DNA from: Candidatus Marinacidobacterium sp.
GTDB taxonomy: Bacteria; Acidobacteriota; Vicinamibacteria; Marinacidobacterales; Marinacidobacteraceae
Direction of reading: 5' to 3'
NCBI GenBank assembly: GCA_965220965.1
Contig: OZ244852.1
Coordinates: forward strand, 1,536,001 to 1,600,000
DNA length: 64,000 nucleotides
Shown here: piece by piece, positions 26,874-36,208 of the stretch
Layout of the letters: every line of letters starts with the position of its first letter
Position numbering within the stretch: position 1 is the stretch's first letter
Notes under the pieces: model-generated
The model's input: the letters and a program-made list of their open reading frames with translations, nothing else
What the model was told of the DNA's origin: nothing
The model's database searches: none
Program-made: the position numbers and the translations under genes

Positions 26874-29213
26874 TTGGGTCTGCTCGACCGCTATCTCTTC
26901 CGGCTGCTGGGACCGGGGGCCTTCCTCGGCGTCGGGGTGTTCCTGTTCGCCCTGCTCCTGAACGAGCTGGTGCGGCACATCCAGTTGCTCGTCACCCAGC
27001 GGGCGAGCCCGGCGGTCATCGGGCAGGCGCTCCTGCTCCTGATCCCTGGCCTGCTGGTCGTCGCGGTGCCCAGCGCGCTGCTCCTCGGGATCCTGCTCGC
27101 GCTGAACCGCCTCGCCGCCGCGCGGGAACTCGTCGCGATGCGCGCCGCGGGCGTGTCGCCGTGGCGGCTCCTGCGGCCCATCGCCTTCGCGTCGCTGCTC
27201 GCCACCGGGCTCAGCGCGTTCCTGATGATCGAGGTCGTGCCCGAAACGAACCGGCGGTTCGTGGATCTCCGGGACGAACTCCTCGACGCCACGCTTCGGA
27301 GCGAGATCGAGCCCCGGGTCTTCTACGACGAGCTCCTCGACGGACGGGTCCTGCTGGTCGGCGAGATCCCCGCCGAAGGCGACCACTGGGAGCGCGTCTT
27401 CCTCGCCGAGACCGACGGCGCGGCGTCCCCGCCGGCGCCGGACGAGATCACCGGCGCCGGACTCGTCCCGGGCGACCCGACGGTCTTCTTCGCCGAGCGC
27501 GGACGCCTGGTGACGATCCCCGAGGAGCGCGCGGCGTTCCTCGAACTCAAGGAGGTCGAGGTCCATAACACCCGGCTCTCCGACCCCGGGCGCTACCGGA
27601 TCCAGCGCGCCGCCGAGGTCCAGCTTCCCCTCGACCCGGACGACTACTTCGGCGACGAGACCCCGAGCCGCCGGCAGGATGCGCGCGCCATGACGCTGCC
27701 GGACCTCGAGGCGGCGTTCGCGGAGACCGGGGCGCCGGTCTACCGGGTGGAGATCCACAAGAAGTTCGCGCTCCCCGCCGCCTGCCTCGTCCTCGGGCTC
27801 ATGGGGCTGGGGCTCGGGCTCCGGCCGGAGGCCGGTCCTGAGCGGTCGGGCGCGTTCGCGGTCGCCGTCCTGGTGGTGGTCAGCTACCACGTTCCGCTCT
27901 CGTTCGGGGAGGAGCTGGCGGCGTCCGGGGAAATCTCCCCGTGGCTCTCGATGTGGACGCCGAACCTGCTCGCGCTCACGGTGGCCGGCGTTCTGCTGCT
28001 GCTGGCGGCGCGCGACCGGGACCCGCTGGCGCCGCTCTTTGGATTCGTGGCCCGGGTCCGGACCCTGCCGGCCGCCCTCGGCCGCCTCCGCCCCCGAGGC
28101 CGGCTCCGGTCTCGTCGCCGCCGCGGCGGGAGGTCCCTGCTCCTCGACCGCTACGTGGCGGGGCAGTTCTTCCGGTATCTCGCCATCGCGCTCGCCGCGC
28201 TGGTCGCGGCGCAACTCATCGGGAGACTCACCTCGGTCATCGGCGACGCCTTCGAGCAGGAGATCCCGCTCGCGGAGGTGGTCCGCTATCTGGGGCTCTC
28301 GGTCCCGGAGTTCACCGCGGCCATGCTGCCCCTCGCGACTCTCGCGGCGACGCTCGTCACCTACGGCGTGCTGGGCCGGCGCCGCGAGGTCACCGCGTTC
28401 CTCGCCGCCGGGATCAGCCGCGGACGGCTCGCGCTGCCCGCGCTCGCGGTGGGCCTGTTCGCGAGCATCGGCGCCGTGGCGATCCAGGAGCTGGCCATGC
28501 CGCGCTCCGGCCCCCGGGCGGATGAACTCGCGGCCCGGATCCGGGGGACACCGCTGAGGACCCTCAACCCGCTGGAGCGCCACTGGGGGCTCGGCGAGGG
28601 CGGCGCGATCCGCCACCACGAGGAGTTCGACGCCGAACAGGGGGTCGTGCGCGGCCTCTCGGTCTTCCACCCGGGCGAGGACGGCGCCTCGCTGAACGAG
28701 CGAGCCTGGGCCGCCTCAGCGCACTGGTCCGAAGCGGAGCGCGGCTGGACGGGGATCGGCGGGTTCACCCGTAAGTTCGGGCCGGGGGCGGAGCCCAAGC
28801 CGTTCGCGATCCGCGCCATCGAGGGCCTTGGGCCTCCCGAAGAGCTTCTCTCCGACGAACACACTCCGGACCATCTGCCCTACCGCGACCTCCGGACGCG
28901 GATCGCCACCGTGGAGGCCGCCGGCCACCACACCACCGAGCTCCTGGTGGACCTCCACACGCGCGCCTCGCTGCCGCTCGCGGCGTTCGTCACCGTGCTC
29001 ATCGGCGTCCCCTTCGCGTTCCGCCACGAGAAGCGCAGCGGGGCCGCGAGCGCCGGGATCGCGCTCGCGATCGGCATCGTCTACCTGCTGGTTGCGCCCT
29101 TCTTCGAGTTCCTGGGAGACGCCCGCCTCCTCGAACCGGCGCTCGCCGCCTGGTCGCCCAACCTGTTCTTCAGTCTGGCGTCGGCGTGGCTCCTGTTCCG
29201 GATCCAGACCTGA
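26874..29213 (+). CDS. Fused LptF/LptG LPS export permease
   Basis: Two tandem YjgP/YjgQ units, each beginning LLDRY and containing E..A..A.G.S and W.PN. Confidence 0.88.
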   Translation: MGLLDRYLFRLLGPGAFLGVGVFLFALLLNELVRHIQLLVTQRASPAVIGQALLLLIPGLLVVAVPSALLLGILLALNRLAAARELVAMRAAGVSPWRLLRPIAFASLLATGLSAFLMIEVVPETNRRFVDLRDELLDATLRSEIEPRVFYDELLDGRVLLVGEIPAEGDHWERVFLAETDGAASPPAPDEITGAGLVPGDPTVFFAERGRLVTIPEERAAFLELKEVEVHNTRLSDPGRYRIQRAAEVQLPLDPDDYFGDETPSRRQDARAMTLPDLEAAFAETGAPVYRVEIHKKFALPAACLVLGLMGLGLGLRPEAGPERSGAFAVAVLVVVSYHVPLSFGEELAASGEISPWLSMWTPNLLALTVAGVLLLLAARDRDPLAPLFGFVARVRTLPAALGRLRPRGRLRSRRRRGGRSLLLDRYVAGQFFRYLAIALAALVAAQLIGRLTSVIGDAFEQEIPLAEVVRYLGLSVPEFTAAMLPLATLAATLVTYGVLGRRREVTAFLAAGISRGRLALPALAVGLFASIGAVAIQELAMPRSGPRADELAARIRGTPLRTLNPLERHWGLGEGGAIRHHEEFDAEQGVVRGLSVFHPGEDGASLNERAWAASAHWSEAERGWTGIGGFTRKFGPGAEPKPFAIRAIEGLGPPEELLSDEHTPDHLPYRDLRTRIATVEAAGHHTTELLVDLHTRASLPLAAFVTVLIGVPFAFRHEKRSGAASAGIALAIGIVYLLVAPFFEFLGDARLLEPALAAWSPNLFFSLASAWLLFRIQT

Positions 29214-29214
29214 G

Positions 29215-30357
29215 CTAACCCTCTTCCGTATCGGGGAACCGCGCCCCGGGAGCGAGAAGCAGCCCCGGCGGGGTCACCGCCCCGGGCGCGACCGAGGCGC
29301 CTTCTCCCAGGCAGGCGCCGACCCGGGGAACGCCGACCCGCGCGGTGTGCCGGAGAACCTGGATCTCGCGCACCGGGCCCGACCGGAGCCGGGCGCCGGC
29401 GCCCACGACCGCGCCCGGTCCGAGGACGCTGTCGGAGACCACCGCCCCGGCCTCGATGCGCGCTCCCGACAGCAGCACGGCGCGCTCCACCCGGGCGCCG
29501 GACTCGATCCGGGCGCCGGCGGCCACCTCGACCGGGCCGGCGAGCCAGGCGTCCTCCGCCACGAACGCCCCCTCCTCCACCAGACGCGCGCCCGGACCCC
29601 GGCCCCCTTCGGTCGTCCGGAAGCCGAGGTCCGTCCCCAGCCACGGCGGCTCGCCGTCGAACAGCGGCGCGACCCGCCCGACGAGATCCCAGGCGTAGGT
29701 CAGCGGGATCCAGGGCCGCCGGGCGCGCACCGCGCGGACGCCCTTCTCGCGAATCAGGATCCGGATCAGGTCCGGAAGCTCGAGCTCCCCGCGGACGCTC
29801 TCGCCGACCTCTCCCAGGTGTCCCAGATCCTCGCGAAGGAGCGAGTAGGCCCCGATGCTGCTGAGCTCTCCCGGGCGGGCCGCGGGCGGCTTCTCTTCGA
29901 CGTCCACCAGCCAGTCGTCCGGCGTGACCTCGACGGTGGCGCGGTTCCACGGATCGGTGGCCTCCTTGCAGAGGATCGCGGTGGGCTCGCCGGACACCCG
30001 GGCGAGGTCCTCGCGGTGGTAGAAGTCGTCCCCGTTCATCACGAGCGCCCGCTCCCCGACGAGCGGCGCCGCCACCCGGAGCGCGTCGGCGGTGCCGCGG
30101 GCGGTCTGCTGGATCACCGGAACCAGCCGGATGCCGCGGTAGCGCTCGCCGAAGTGGGCGAGGATGCGCCGCCTGCCATGGCCCAGCACGAGGACCGCGG
30201 TGTCCACCAGACCCTCGAGCTGATCGAGCATCCGCTCGGTCAGCGGCCGTCCCCACAGCGGCAGCAGCGGCTTCGGAAAATCGGCGGTCAGCGGCCAGGT
30301 GCGGAGCGAACGCCCGGCGAGCAGAAGGACCGCGGTGGGACGCGGAAGCCGGCTCAT
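29215..30357 (-). CDS. Sugar-phosphate nucleotidyltransferase with hexapeptide repeats (GlmU-like)
   Basis: LLAG.S.R.WPLT...PKPLLP, GTADA, NGDD, RGELEL.D, YAWDL, LbH repeats. Confidence 0.8.
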   Translation of the reverse strand: MSRLPRPTAVLLLAGRSLRTWPLTADFPKPLLPLWGRPLTERMLDQLEGLVDTAVLVLGHGRRRILAHFGERYRGIRLVPVIQQTARGTADALRVAAPLVGERALVMNGDDFYHREDLARVSGEPTAILCKEATDPWNRATVEVTPDDWLVDVEEKPPAARPGELSSIGAYSLLREDLGHLGEVGESVRGELELPDLIRILIREKGVRAVRARRPWIPLTYAWDLVGRVAPLFDGEPPWLGTDLGFRTTEGGRGPGARLVEEGAFVAEDAWLAGPVEVAAGARIESGARVERAVLLSGARIEAGAVVSDSVLGPGAVVGAGARLRSGPVREIQVLRHTARVGVPRVGACLGEGASVAPGAVTPPGLLLAPGARFPDTEEG

Positions 30358-30575
30358 CCGATCGCTCCCGGCGCCCGTCGAGCCGATCCGGCCGGCCCGG
30401 GGCCCCTTGGTATCATGCCGCGCCCGCCCGCCGTTTCCCGTGTGCCGGGAAACCCGGGGCGCCCCCAGTTCTTGAAGCGAGTCCCCCCCGCCGCGCACCG
30501 GGAGCGCCCTGACCCAGGGCGTTCTCCGAAGCGTCCCCGGACGGGTTGTTGAGCTCCACAGCCAGCGGAGGATCG

Positions 30576-31718
30576 GTGCGTCTTTTCACCTCCGAGTCGG
30601 TCACCATCGGACACCCCGACAAGGTCGCCGACCAGATCTCGGACGCGATCCTCGACGAGTTCCTCGCCGGCGATCCGCTCTCGCGGGTGGCGTGCGAGAC
30701 GCTGGTCACCGCCGGCCGCTGCGTGGCCTCCGGCGAAGTCGCATCCAGCGCGCTGCCGGACACGGCGCGCATCGAAGCGGTCGTCCGGTCGACGATCCGC
30801 TCGATCGGCTACTGCCGGGCCGAAGACGACTTCGACGCGGACGGCGTACGAGTCGAGATCCTCCTCGGACGCCAGACGCGGGACATCGGCATGGGAGTGG
30901 ACCAGGGCGGCGCCGGAGACCAGGGGATGATGTTCGGCTTCGCCTGCGACGAGACTCCGGAGTTCATGCCGCTTCCGATCGTGCTCGCTCACCGGATCAC
31001 CCGGCGGCTCGCCGAAGTGCGCCGCAGCGGCGAGATCCCGTACCTCGGGCCGGACGGCAAGGCGCAGGTCACCGTGGCCTACGACGACACCGGCGCGGTC
31101 GTCGGGATCCCGACGGTCGTGACCTCGACGCAGCACAGCGCGGAGGCCTCGGAACGGGTCCACCGGGACGTCGAACACATCGTCGTCCGGCCGTCCCTCC
31201 CCGAGCGGTTCCGGGAGGAACCGCGAGACGTGCTGATCAATCCGACGGGGCGCTTCGTGGCCGGCGGACCCGCGGCCGACTGCGGACTCACCGGCCGGAA
31301 GATTATCGTCGATACCTATGGCGGCATGGCCCGCCACGGGGGCGGCGCCTTCTCCGGCAAGGACCCCACGAAGGTGGACCGCTCGGCCGCCTACATGGCC
31401 CGTCTGGTCGCGAAGACCATCGTGGCCGCCGGGGTCGCCCGGCGCGCCGAGGTGCAGTTGGCCTACGCGATCGGCAAGGCCGAGCCGGTCTCGGTGCGGG
31501 TGGACACTTTCGGAACCGGCGCCGCCCCGGAACCGGCGATCGAACGCGCAGTGCGCGAGGTGTTCGGGCTCACCCCGGCGCGGATCATCGAGGCGCTCGA
31601 CCTCCGGCGCCCGATCTACGCCGCCACCGCCCAAAACGGCCACTTCGGACACGAGGGCCCCGGTTTCTCCTGGGAGCGGACCGACCGGGCTTCGGACCTC
31701 GCGGCCGCCATCGGCTGA
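30576..31718 (+). CDS. metK: S-adenosylmethionine synthase
   Basis: [46 protein letters not shown]. Confidence 0.96.
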   Translation: MRLFTSESVTIGHPDKVADQISDAILDEFLAGDPLSRVACETLVTAGRCVASGEVASSALPDTARIEAVVRSTIRSIGYCRAEDDFDADGVRVEILLGRQTRDIGMGVDQGGAGDQGMMFGFACDETPEFMPLPIVLAHRITRRLAEVRRSGEIPYLGPDGKAQVTVAYDDTGAVVGIPTVVTSTQHSAEASERVHRDVEHIVVRPSLPERFREEPRDVLINPTGRFVAGGPAADCGLTGRKIIVDTYGGMARHGGGAFSGKDPTKVDRSAAYMARLVAKTIVAAGVARRAEVQLAYAIGKAEPVSVRVDTFGTGAAPEPAIERAVREVFGLTPARIIEALDLRRPIYAATAQNGHFGHEGPGFSWERTDRASDLAAAIG

Positions 31719-31726
31719 GGGCCGGG

Positions 31727-34621
31727 TTGAGTCGGCGGCCGGCGCTCTCCCCGCTTCCGGCGCGCTTCGAACCGGAGGAAATCGAGAGCGAAGCCCGGGA
31801 CCGCTGGACCGAGGCTCGCGCCTTCGAGAGCGAGGTGGACCCGGCCGGGACGCCGCGCGCCGGGGGGGATCCGGCGAAAGAGCCCTTCACGGTGGTCATC
31901 CCGCCGCCCAACATCACCGGGCGGCTCCACATGGGCCACGCCCTGAACAACACGATCCAGGACGTGCTCGTCCGCTACCGGCGGATGGAGGGCCGCGACG
32001 CACTCTGGGTTCCGGGAACCGACCACGCCGGGATCTCGACCCAGACGGTGGTCCGAAAGCACCTCGACGCCCGGGGGGTGGACTACCGGGCGCTCGGCCG
32101 CGACGCGTTCATCGAACGGGTCTGGGAATGGCGGGAGCAGTACGGCGGCGTCATCCTCGACCAGCTCTCGCGGCTGGGCGCGTCGTGCGACTTCCGCCGC
32201 ACCCGGTTCACGATGGACGAGGGCCTCTCGAGGGCGGTGCGGACCGTCTTCAAGGCGCTCTACGACCGGGGGCTGATCTACCGGGGAAAGCGGGTCGTCA
32301 ACTGGTGTCCGGTGGACCGCACCGCGCTCTCCGACGACGAAGTGGAGACCGCGCCGGAAGGGGAACCCGGCCACCTGTGGTCCATCGCCTACCCCCTTGA
32401 GGACGACCCCGGAGAGCGCCTGGTCGTCGCGACCACCCGGCCGGAGACGCTGTTCGGGGACGTGGCGGTCGCCGTCCACCCCGAGGACGAGCGCTATCGC
32501 CGCTTCGTCGGCCGCCAGGTGCGCCTCCCGCTCACCGACCGCCGGATTCCGGTGATCGCCGACGAGGGCGTGGAGCGCGGCTTCGGGACCGGCGCGCTCA
32601 AGATCACTCCCGCGCACGACCCGCACGACTTCGAGATCGGATCGCGGCACGACCTGACCCCGCTCAACGTGATGAACGAGGACGCCACGCTGAACGACGA
32701 GGTCCCGGCGCCCTTCCGCGGGATGGACCGGTTCGTCGCGCGCGAGCGGACGGTCGAGGCGCTCGAGGCCGCCGGCCTGCTGGAATCGGTGACGGCGCAC
32801 CGGGTGCCGCTCGGGCGGGCGCAGCGCTCCGGCGTCCCCATCGAGTACCGACTCTCCGACCAGTGGTTCGTCCGGATGCGGCCGCTCGCCGACCGGGCGC
32901 TGCGCGCGAGCGGCTGGGAGCAGCAGGACGGCGAATGGCGGAAGGTGTCCGAGGGGGGGCTCCGGTTCCACCCGCCCCGCTGGGAGACGGTCTACGCCCG
33001 CTGGCTCATCGGCATCCGCGACTGGACCATCAGCCGCCAGATCTGGTGGGGGCACCGGATCCCGGCCTGGCGCCACGCGGAAACCGGCGAGACGCTGGTG
33101 TCGGTGGACACGCCGCCCGAGGTCCTCGCCGAACCGGACGCCTGGCGTCAGGACGAGGATGTCCTCGACACCTGGTTCAGCTCCTGGCTCTGGCCGATGA
33201 GCACGCTGGGCTGGCCGGACCGGACCCCCGATCTGGACCGGTATTACCCCACCTCGGTGCTCTCCACCGACAAGGGCATCCTCTTCTTCTGGGTGGCCCG
33301 GATGAACTTCGCCGGGCTCGAGATGACCGGCAAGCTGCCCTACCGGGATGTCTACATCCATCCCACCGTGCTCGACGAGCGCGGGGCGGTGATGAGCAAG
33401 AGCAAGGGCAACGGGGTCGATCCGCTGGCGGTGATCTCGGGCGCCACGCTCGAGGAGCTGAAGCGTCCGGTGGAGGAGGCCCGCCCGACGAACGCGGCGC
33501 AACTGCTCCAGCGGATCGAGCGCGCCTTCCCCGAAGGCTTCGAGGGGGTGGGGGCCGACGCCCTGCGCTTCACGCTGGTCCGGCTCTGCTCCGAGGGGCA
33601 GGAGATGCGGCTCTCGCTCGGGAAGTTCCACGAGCTGGGGCGCCGGTTCCTGACCAAGCTCTGGAACGCCTCGCGGTTCGTGCTGATGGCGGTCGACGAG
33701 GTGGACGAAACGACCCAGAAGGCGCCGCCGGCGCCGGAAGACCGCTGGATCGAATCGCGGGCCGCCGCCTGCTCGGCCGAGGTGCGACGGGCGCTCGACG
33801 AGTTCGACTTCGCCTCGGTGGGCTCGACGCTCTACCGGTTCGTCTGGAACGACTTCTGCGACTGGTACGTGGAGCTCGCCAAGGCGCGGCGGCGGGACGG
33901 GCCGGCGGCGGCCCGCCGCACCGCCGCCACCCTGGGACGGGTGCTGAACCGGGTTCTCCACCTGCTCCACCCGGTGGCGCCCTTCGTCACCGAGTTCCTC
34001 TTCACGCGGCTCGTAACCGCCATGGACGAGAAGGCGCTTTGGGAGGACGACCGGCCGGACGCGGAGGTGCTGGCGCGGAGCGCGTTCCCGGCGGGCGACG
34101 ACCCCCGTGCGCCGGAGTTGGAAGGACGCTTCGAGGCGCTGCAACGCCTCGTGTCCTCGGTCAGGAAGCTGCGCGCCGACGCCGGATTGCCCCCTGACCT
34201 CCGGCTTCCGGTCTCGGTCCGTGAATCCCCCGCGCTCCCCGGCTTCGCCGAACTGCTCGCCGGCTGCCGGACGCCGGTCATGGCGCTCGGCCGCTTCGCG
34301 TCGCTCGAGGTCGTCGGCGAGGCGCCGGGGGCCCGCCCCGATGCGCCCGCCAGCGGGATCCAGATCGTGGACCCGGGGTTCGAGGCCTGGACCCGGCTCG
34401 GGGAGGCGGTGGATCTCTCCGCCGTGCGTCGGCGGGTGGAGTCGCAGCTCGGCCAGATCCGGAAGCAGGCCGCGGGCAGCCAGAAGCGCCTGGAGAACCC
34501 CCGCTTCGTCGAGCGGGCCGACCCGGCGGTCGTCGCGGAACAGCGCGCCCGGCTCGATTCGCTGACCGATCAGGCCGCGAGACTGGAGGCGCTGGCGACC
34601 CAACTGGGAGAAGAGGCTTAG
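31727..34621 (+). CDS. valS: Valine--tRNA ligase
   Basis: PPPNITG.LHMGH, DHAGI.TQ, TTRPET, ISRQIWWGH, DVLDTWFSS, VMSKS, C-terminal coiled coil. TTG start is approximate. Confidence 0.95.
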   Translation: MSRRPALSPLPARFEPEEIESEARDRWTEARAFESEVDPAGTPRAGGDPAKEPFTVVIPPPNITGRLHMGHALNNTIQDVLVRYRRMEGRDALWVPGTDHAGISTQTVVRKHLDARGVDYRALGRDAFIERVWEWREQYGGVILDQLSRLGASCDFRRTRFTMDEGLSRAVRTVFKALYDRGLIYRGKRVVNWCPVDRTALSDDEVETAPEGEPGHLWSIAYPLEDDPGERLVVATTRPETLFGDVAVAVHPEDERYRRFVGRQVRLPLTDRRIPVIADEGVERGFGTGALKITPAHDPHDFEIGSRHDLTPLNVMNEDATLNDEVPAPFRGMDRFVARERTVEALEAAGLLESVTAHRVPLGRAQRSGVPIEYRLSDQWFVRMRPLADRALRASGWEQQDGEWRKVSEGGLRFHPPRWETVYARWLIGIRDWTISRQIWWGHRIPAWRHAETGETLVSVDTPPEVLAEPDAWRQDEDVLDTWFSSWLWPMSTLGWPDRTPDLDRYYPTSVLSTDKGILFFWVARMNFAGLEMTGKLPYRDVYIHPTVLDERGAVMSKSKGNGVDPLAVISGATLEELKRPVEEARPTNAAQLLQRIERAFPEGFEGVGADALRFTLVRLCSEGQEMRLSLGKFHELGRRFLTKLWNASRFVLMAVDEVDETTQKAPPAPEDRWIESRAAACSAEVRRALDEFDFASVGSTLYRFVWNDFCDWYVELAKARRRDGPAAARRTAATLGRVLNRVLHLLHPVAPFVTEFLFTRLVTAMDEKALWEDDRPDAEVLARSAFPAGDDPRAPELEGRFEALQRLVSSVRKLRADAGLPPDLRLPVSVRESPALPGFAELLAGCRTPVMALGRFASLEVVGEAPGARPDAPASGIQIVDPGFEAWTRLGEAVDLSAVRRRVESQLGQIRKQAAGSQKRLENPRFVERADPAVVAEQRARLDSLTDQAARLEALATQLGEEA

Positions 34622-34673
34622 ACTTAGCCGGACGGCTGGCCCCTCGTCCGCGAGGACGCTGTCGTCGGACGAC

Positions 34674-35252
34674 ATGCCCCCGCGCCGCGAGAACCCGGCT
34701 CGCTCCGCTCCCCGGGGTCTCTTCGCGGCGCCCGCCGGCGCCGCGGCGAAGCCGGAGAAGCCGACAGCCGCGCCGGGGGCCCCGACCGCCGCGGATCCCG
34801 CGAACGGCGGGAAACCGGCGCCGCGCCGCGGCGCCGCCAGACCCCCGACCCTCACGCGGCAGGTCCGGATCGCGCGCACCGCGGCGCACCGGCGGGCCGC
34901 CGCGAAAGCCCGCTCGCTCATGGCGCAGCCGGGTCAGTGGGCGCCGTGGTTCGCGGTCGCCGCGGTGGTGGTGGCGGCCGCCGCTTCCGGGGCCCGCGGC
35001 TACGAGACCCTCTCCGCCCAGCGCGACCGGATCCGGACGCTGTCGACGGAGATCGCCGGGCTCGAGGCGGAGGCCGCGACGCTTCAGGCGCGGATCGCAA
35101 GCCTCGAGAACGATCCGGCCGCGCTCGAACTGCTCGCCCGCGGCGAGCACCAGATGGCGCTTCCCGGAGAGATCGTCGCCCTGCTCGAGTTCCCCGAGCC
35201 TCCGGCGCCGGCCGAAGGGGCCGAGGAGGGCGTCTCCCCGCCTACTCGATGA
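34674..35252 (+). CDS. Septum formation initiator family (FtsB/DivIC-like)
   Basis: Single TM, coiled coil, D...LELLAR....M..PGE. Start may be ATG at 34920. Confidence 0.75.
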   Translation: MPPRRENPARSAPRGLFAAPAGAAAKPEKPTAAPGAPTAADPANGGKPAPRRGAARPPTLTRQVRIARTAAHRRAAAKARSLMAQPGQWAPWFAVAAVVVAAAASGARGYETLSAQRDRIRTLSTEIAGLEAEAATLQARIASLENDPAALELLARGEHQMALPGEIVALLEFPEPPAPAEGAEEGVSPPTR

Positions 35253-36018
35253 GGTAGCGGAGAGACATCACCTCTCCGGCGCGCTCCACCTGGAGTTCGA
35301 GTTCGCGGGCGGTCTGAAACCGCTGGGCCAGGATCGCGAGCGATTCCATGCCGCGGACCTCGCGGCCGTTCACCTCCATCAGGACGTCCCCGGGGGCGAG
35401 CCCGGTCTCGCCGAGCAGGGTGTCTGTGGGGAAGTCGATGAGCTCGAGGCCGACGACCTCGTTGCCGAGCACCCGGGGCGCCACCACCGCCCCGGTGAGG
35501 ATCCGGGGGAGTTCCGACGCGAGCCGGAGCCTCACCTCGTCGCGGGAGAAGCGCCTTTCGCCGCTCGCCCGCGCCCCGGCGGGGGGCAAGGGCGGCGAAG
35601 CGAGCTCGCCGGGTCCCCGCAAATCGGCTCCATCGATCCCGTCGGAGGCGGAGCGCTCCTCGGCGGGCGGCGCTTCCGGAGGGGGTGGCGGATCCGCCTC
35701 CGGAAGCACAGCCTCCGGGGGAGCGGGCGCGGGCCCCGGTTCGGGGAACGGCACGTGGAAGGGCGTTCCGGACGCCGGCCGCAGAACGACGCCGCTCCCG
35801 GAGACCTCGAGGAGGAGGAACCCGGATTCGCTCTCGCCCACGCGAAGAACCCGGGGTCGACGGTCCCCGAACCGAAGGAGCGCGGTCCCGCCCGGCTCCT
35901 GGACGACGACGCCGTAGAGCCGGATCTCCTGACGGTCGATGTTCTCGTCGGCCGGCTGGGCGCGGGCGCCGGACGCGGCGACCAGCAGGACGAGCGCGAG
36001 AGCGGCGAATCGGAACAC
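35242..36018 (-). CDS. GspC-like exported protein with C-terminal PDZ domain
   Basis: Signal peptide, L.G.V...ALL HR-like domain, Pro-rich linker, GL..GDV..EVNG...VERAG. Confidence 0.65.
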   Translation of the reverse strand: MFRFAALALVLLVAASGARAQPADENIDRQEIRLYGVVVQEPGGTALLRFGDRRPRVLRVGESESGFLLLEVSGSGVVLRPASGTPFHVPFPEPGPAPAPPEAVLPEADPPPPPEAPPAEERSASDGIDGADLRGPGELASPPLPPAGARASGERRFSRDEVRLRLASELPRILTGAVVAPRVLGNEVVGLELIDFPTDTLLGETGLAPGDVLMEVNGREVRGMESLAILAQRFQTARELELQVERAGEVMSLRYLIE

Positions 36019-36208
36019 GAGGCGGACTGTCTGACCGTTCCCGGAGTGTAGGCGGCGGCGCCCGCCGGAGACGCTTCGGGGCCCGGCGCTATACTGATTT
36101 CAAGCACCCGGCAGCTCGGCCGGCGCCAAAAACGCCGCCCGGAGAGCGCTTCCCGGGGTCCGCGGTCCGGCTCTTCGCCGATGCTTCGGAAATCGGGACG
36201 GCGCCGCC

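Noticed and set aside
30692-31726. 1309-aa ValS N-terminal extension
   Set aside because: Off-frame shadow of metK.
33388-33402. VMSKS instead of KMSKS in ValS as a sign of inactivation
   Set aside because: The catalytic second Lys is retained and the first position is known to vary.
31616-34921. 1101-aa antisense ORF
   Set aside because: Mirror frame of valS, expected at this GC content; no motifs.
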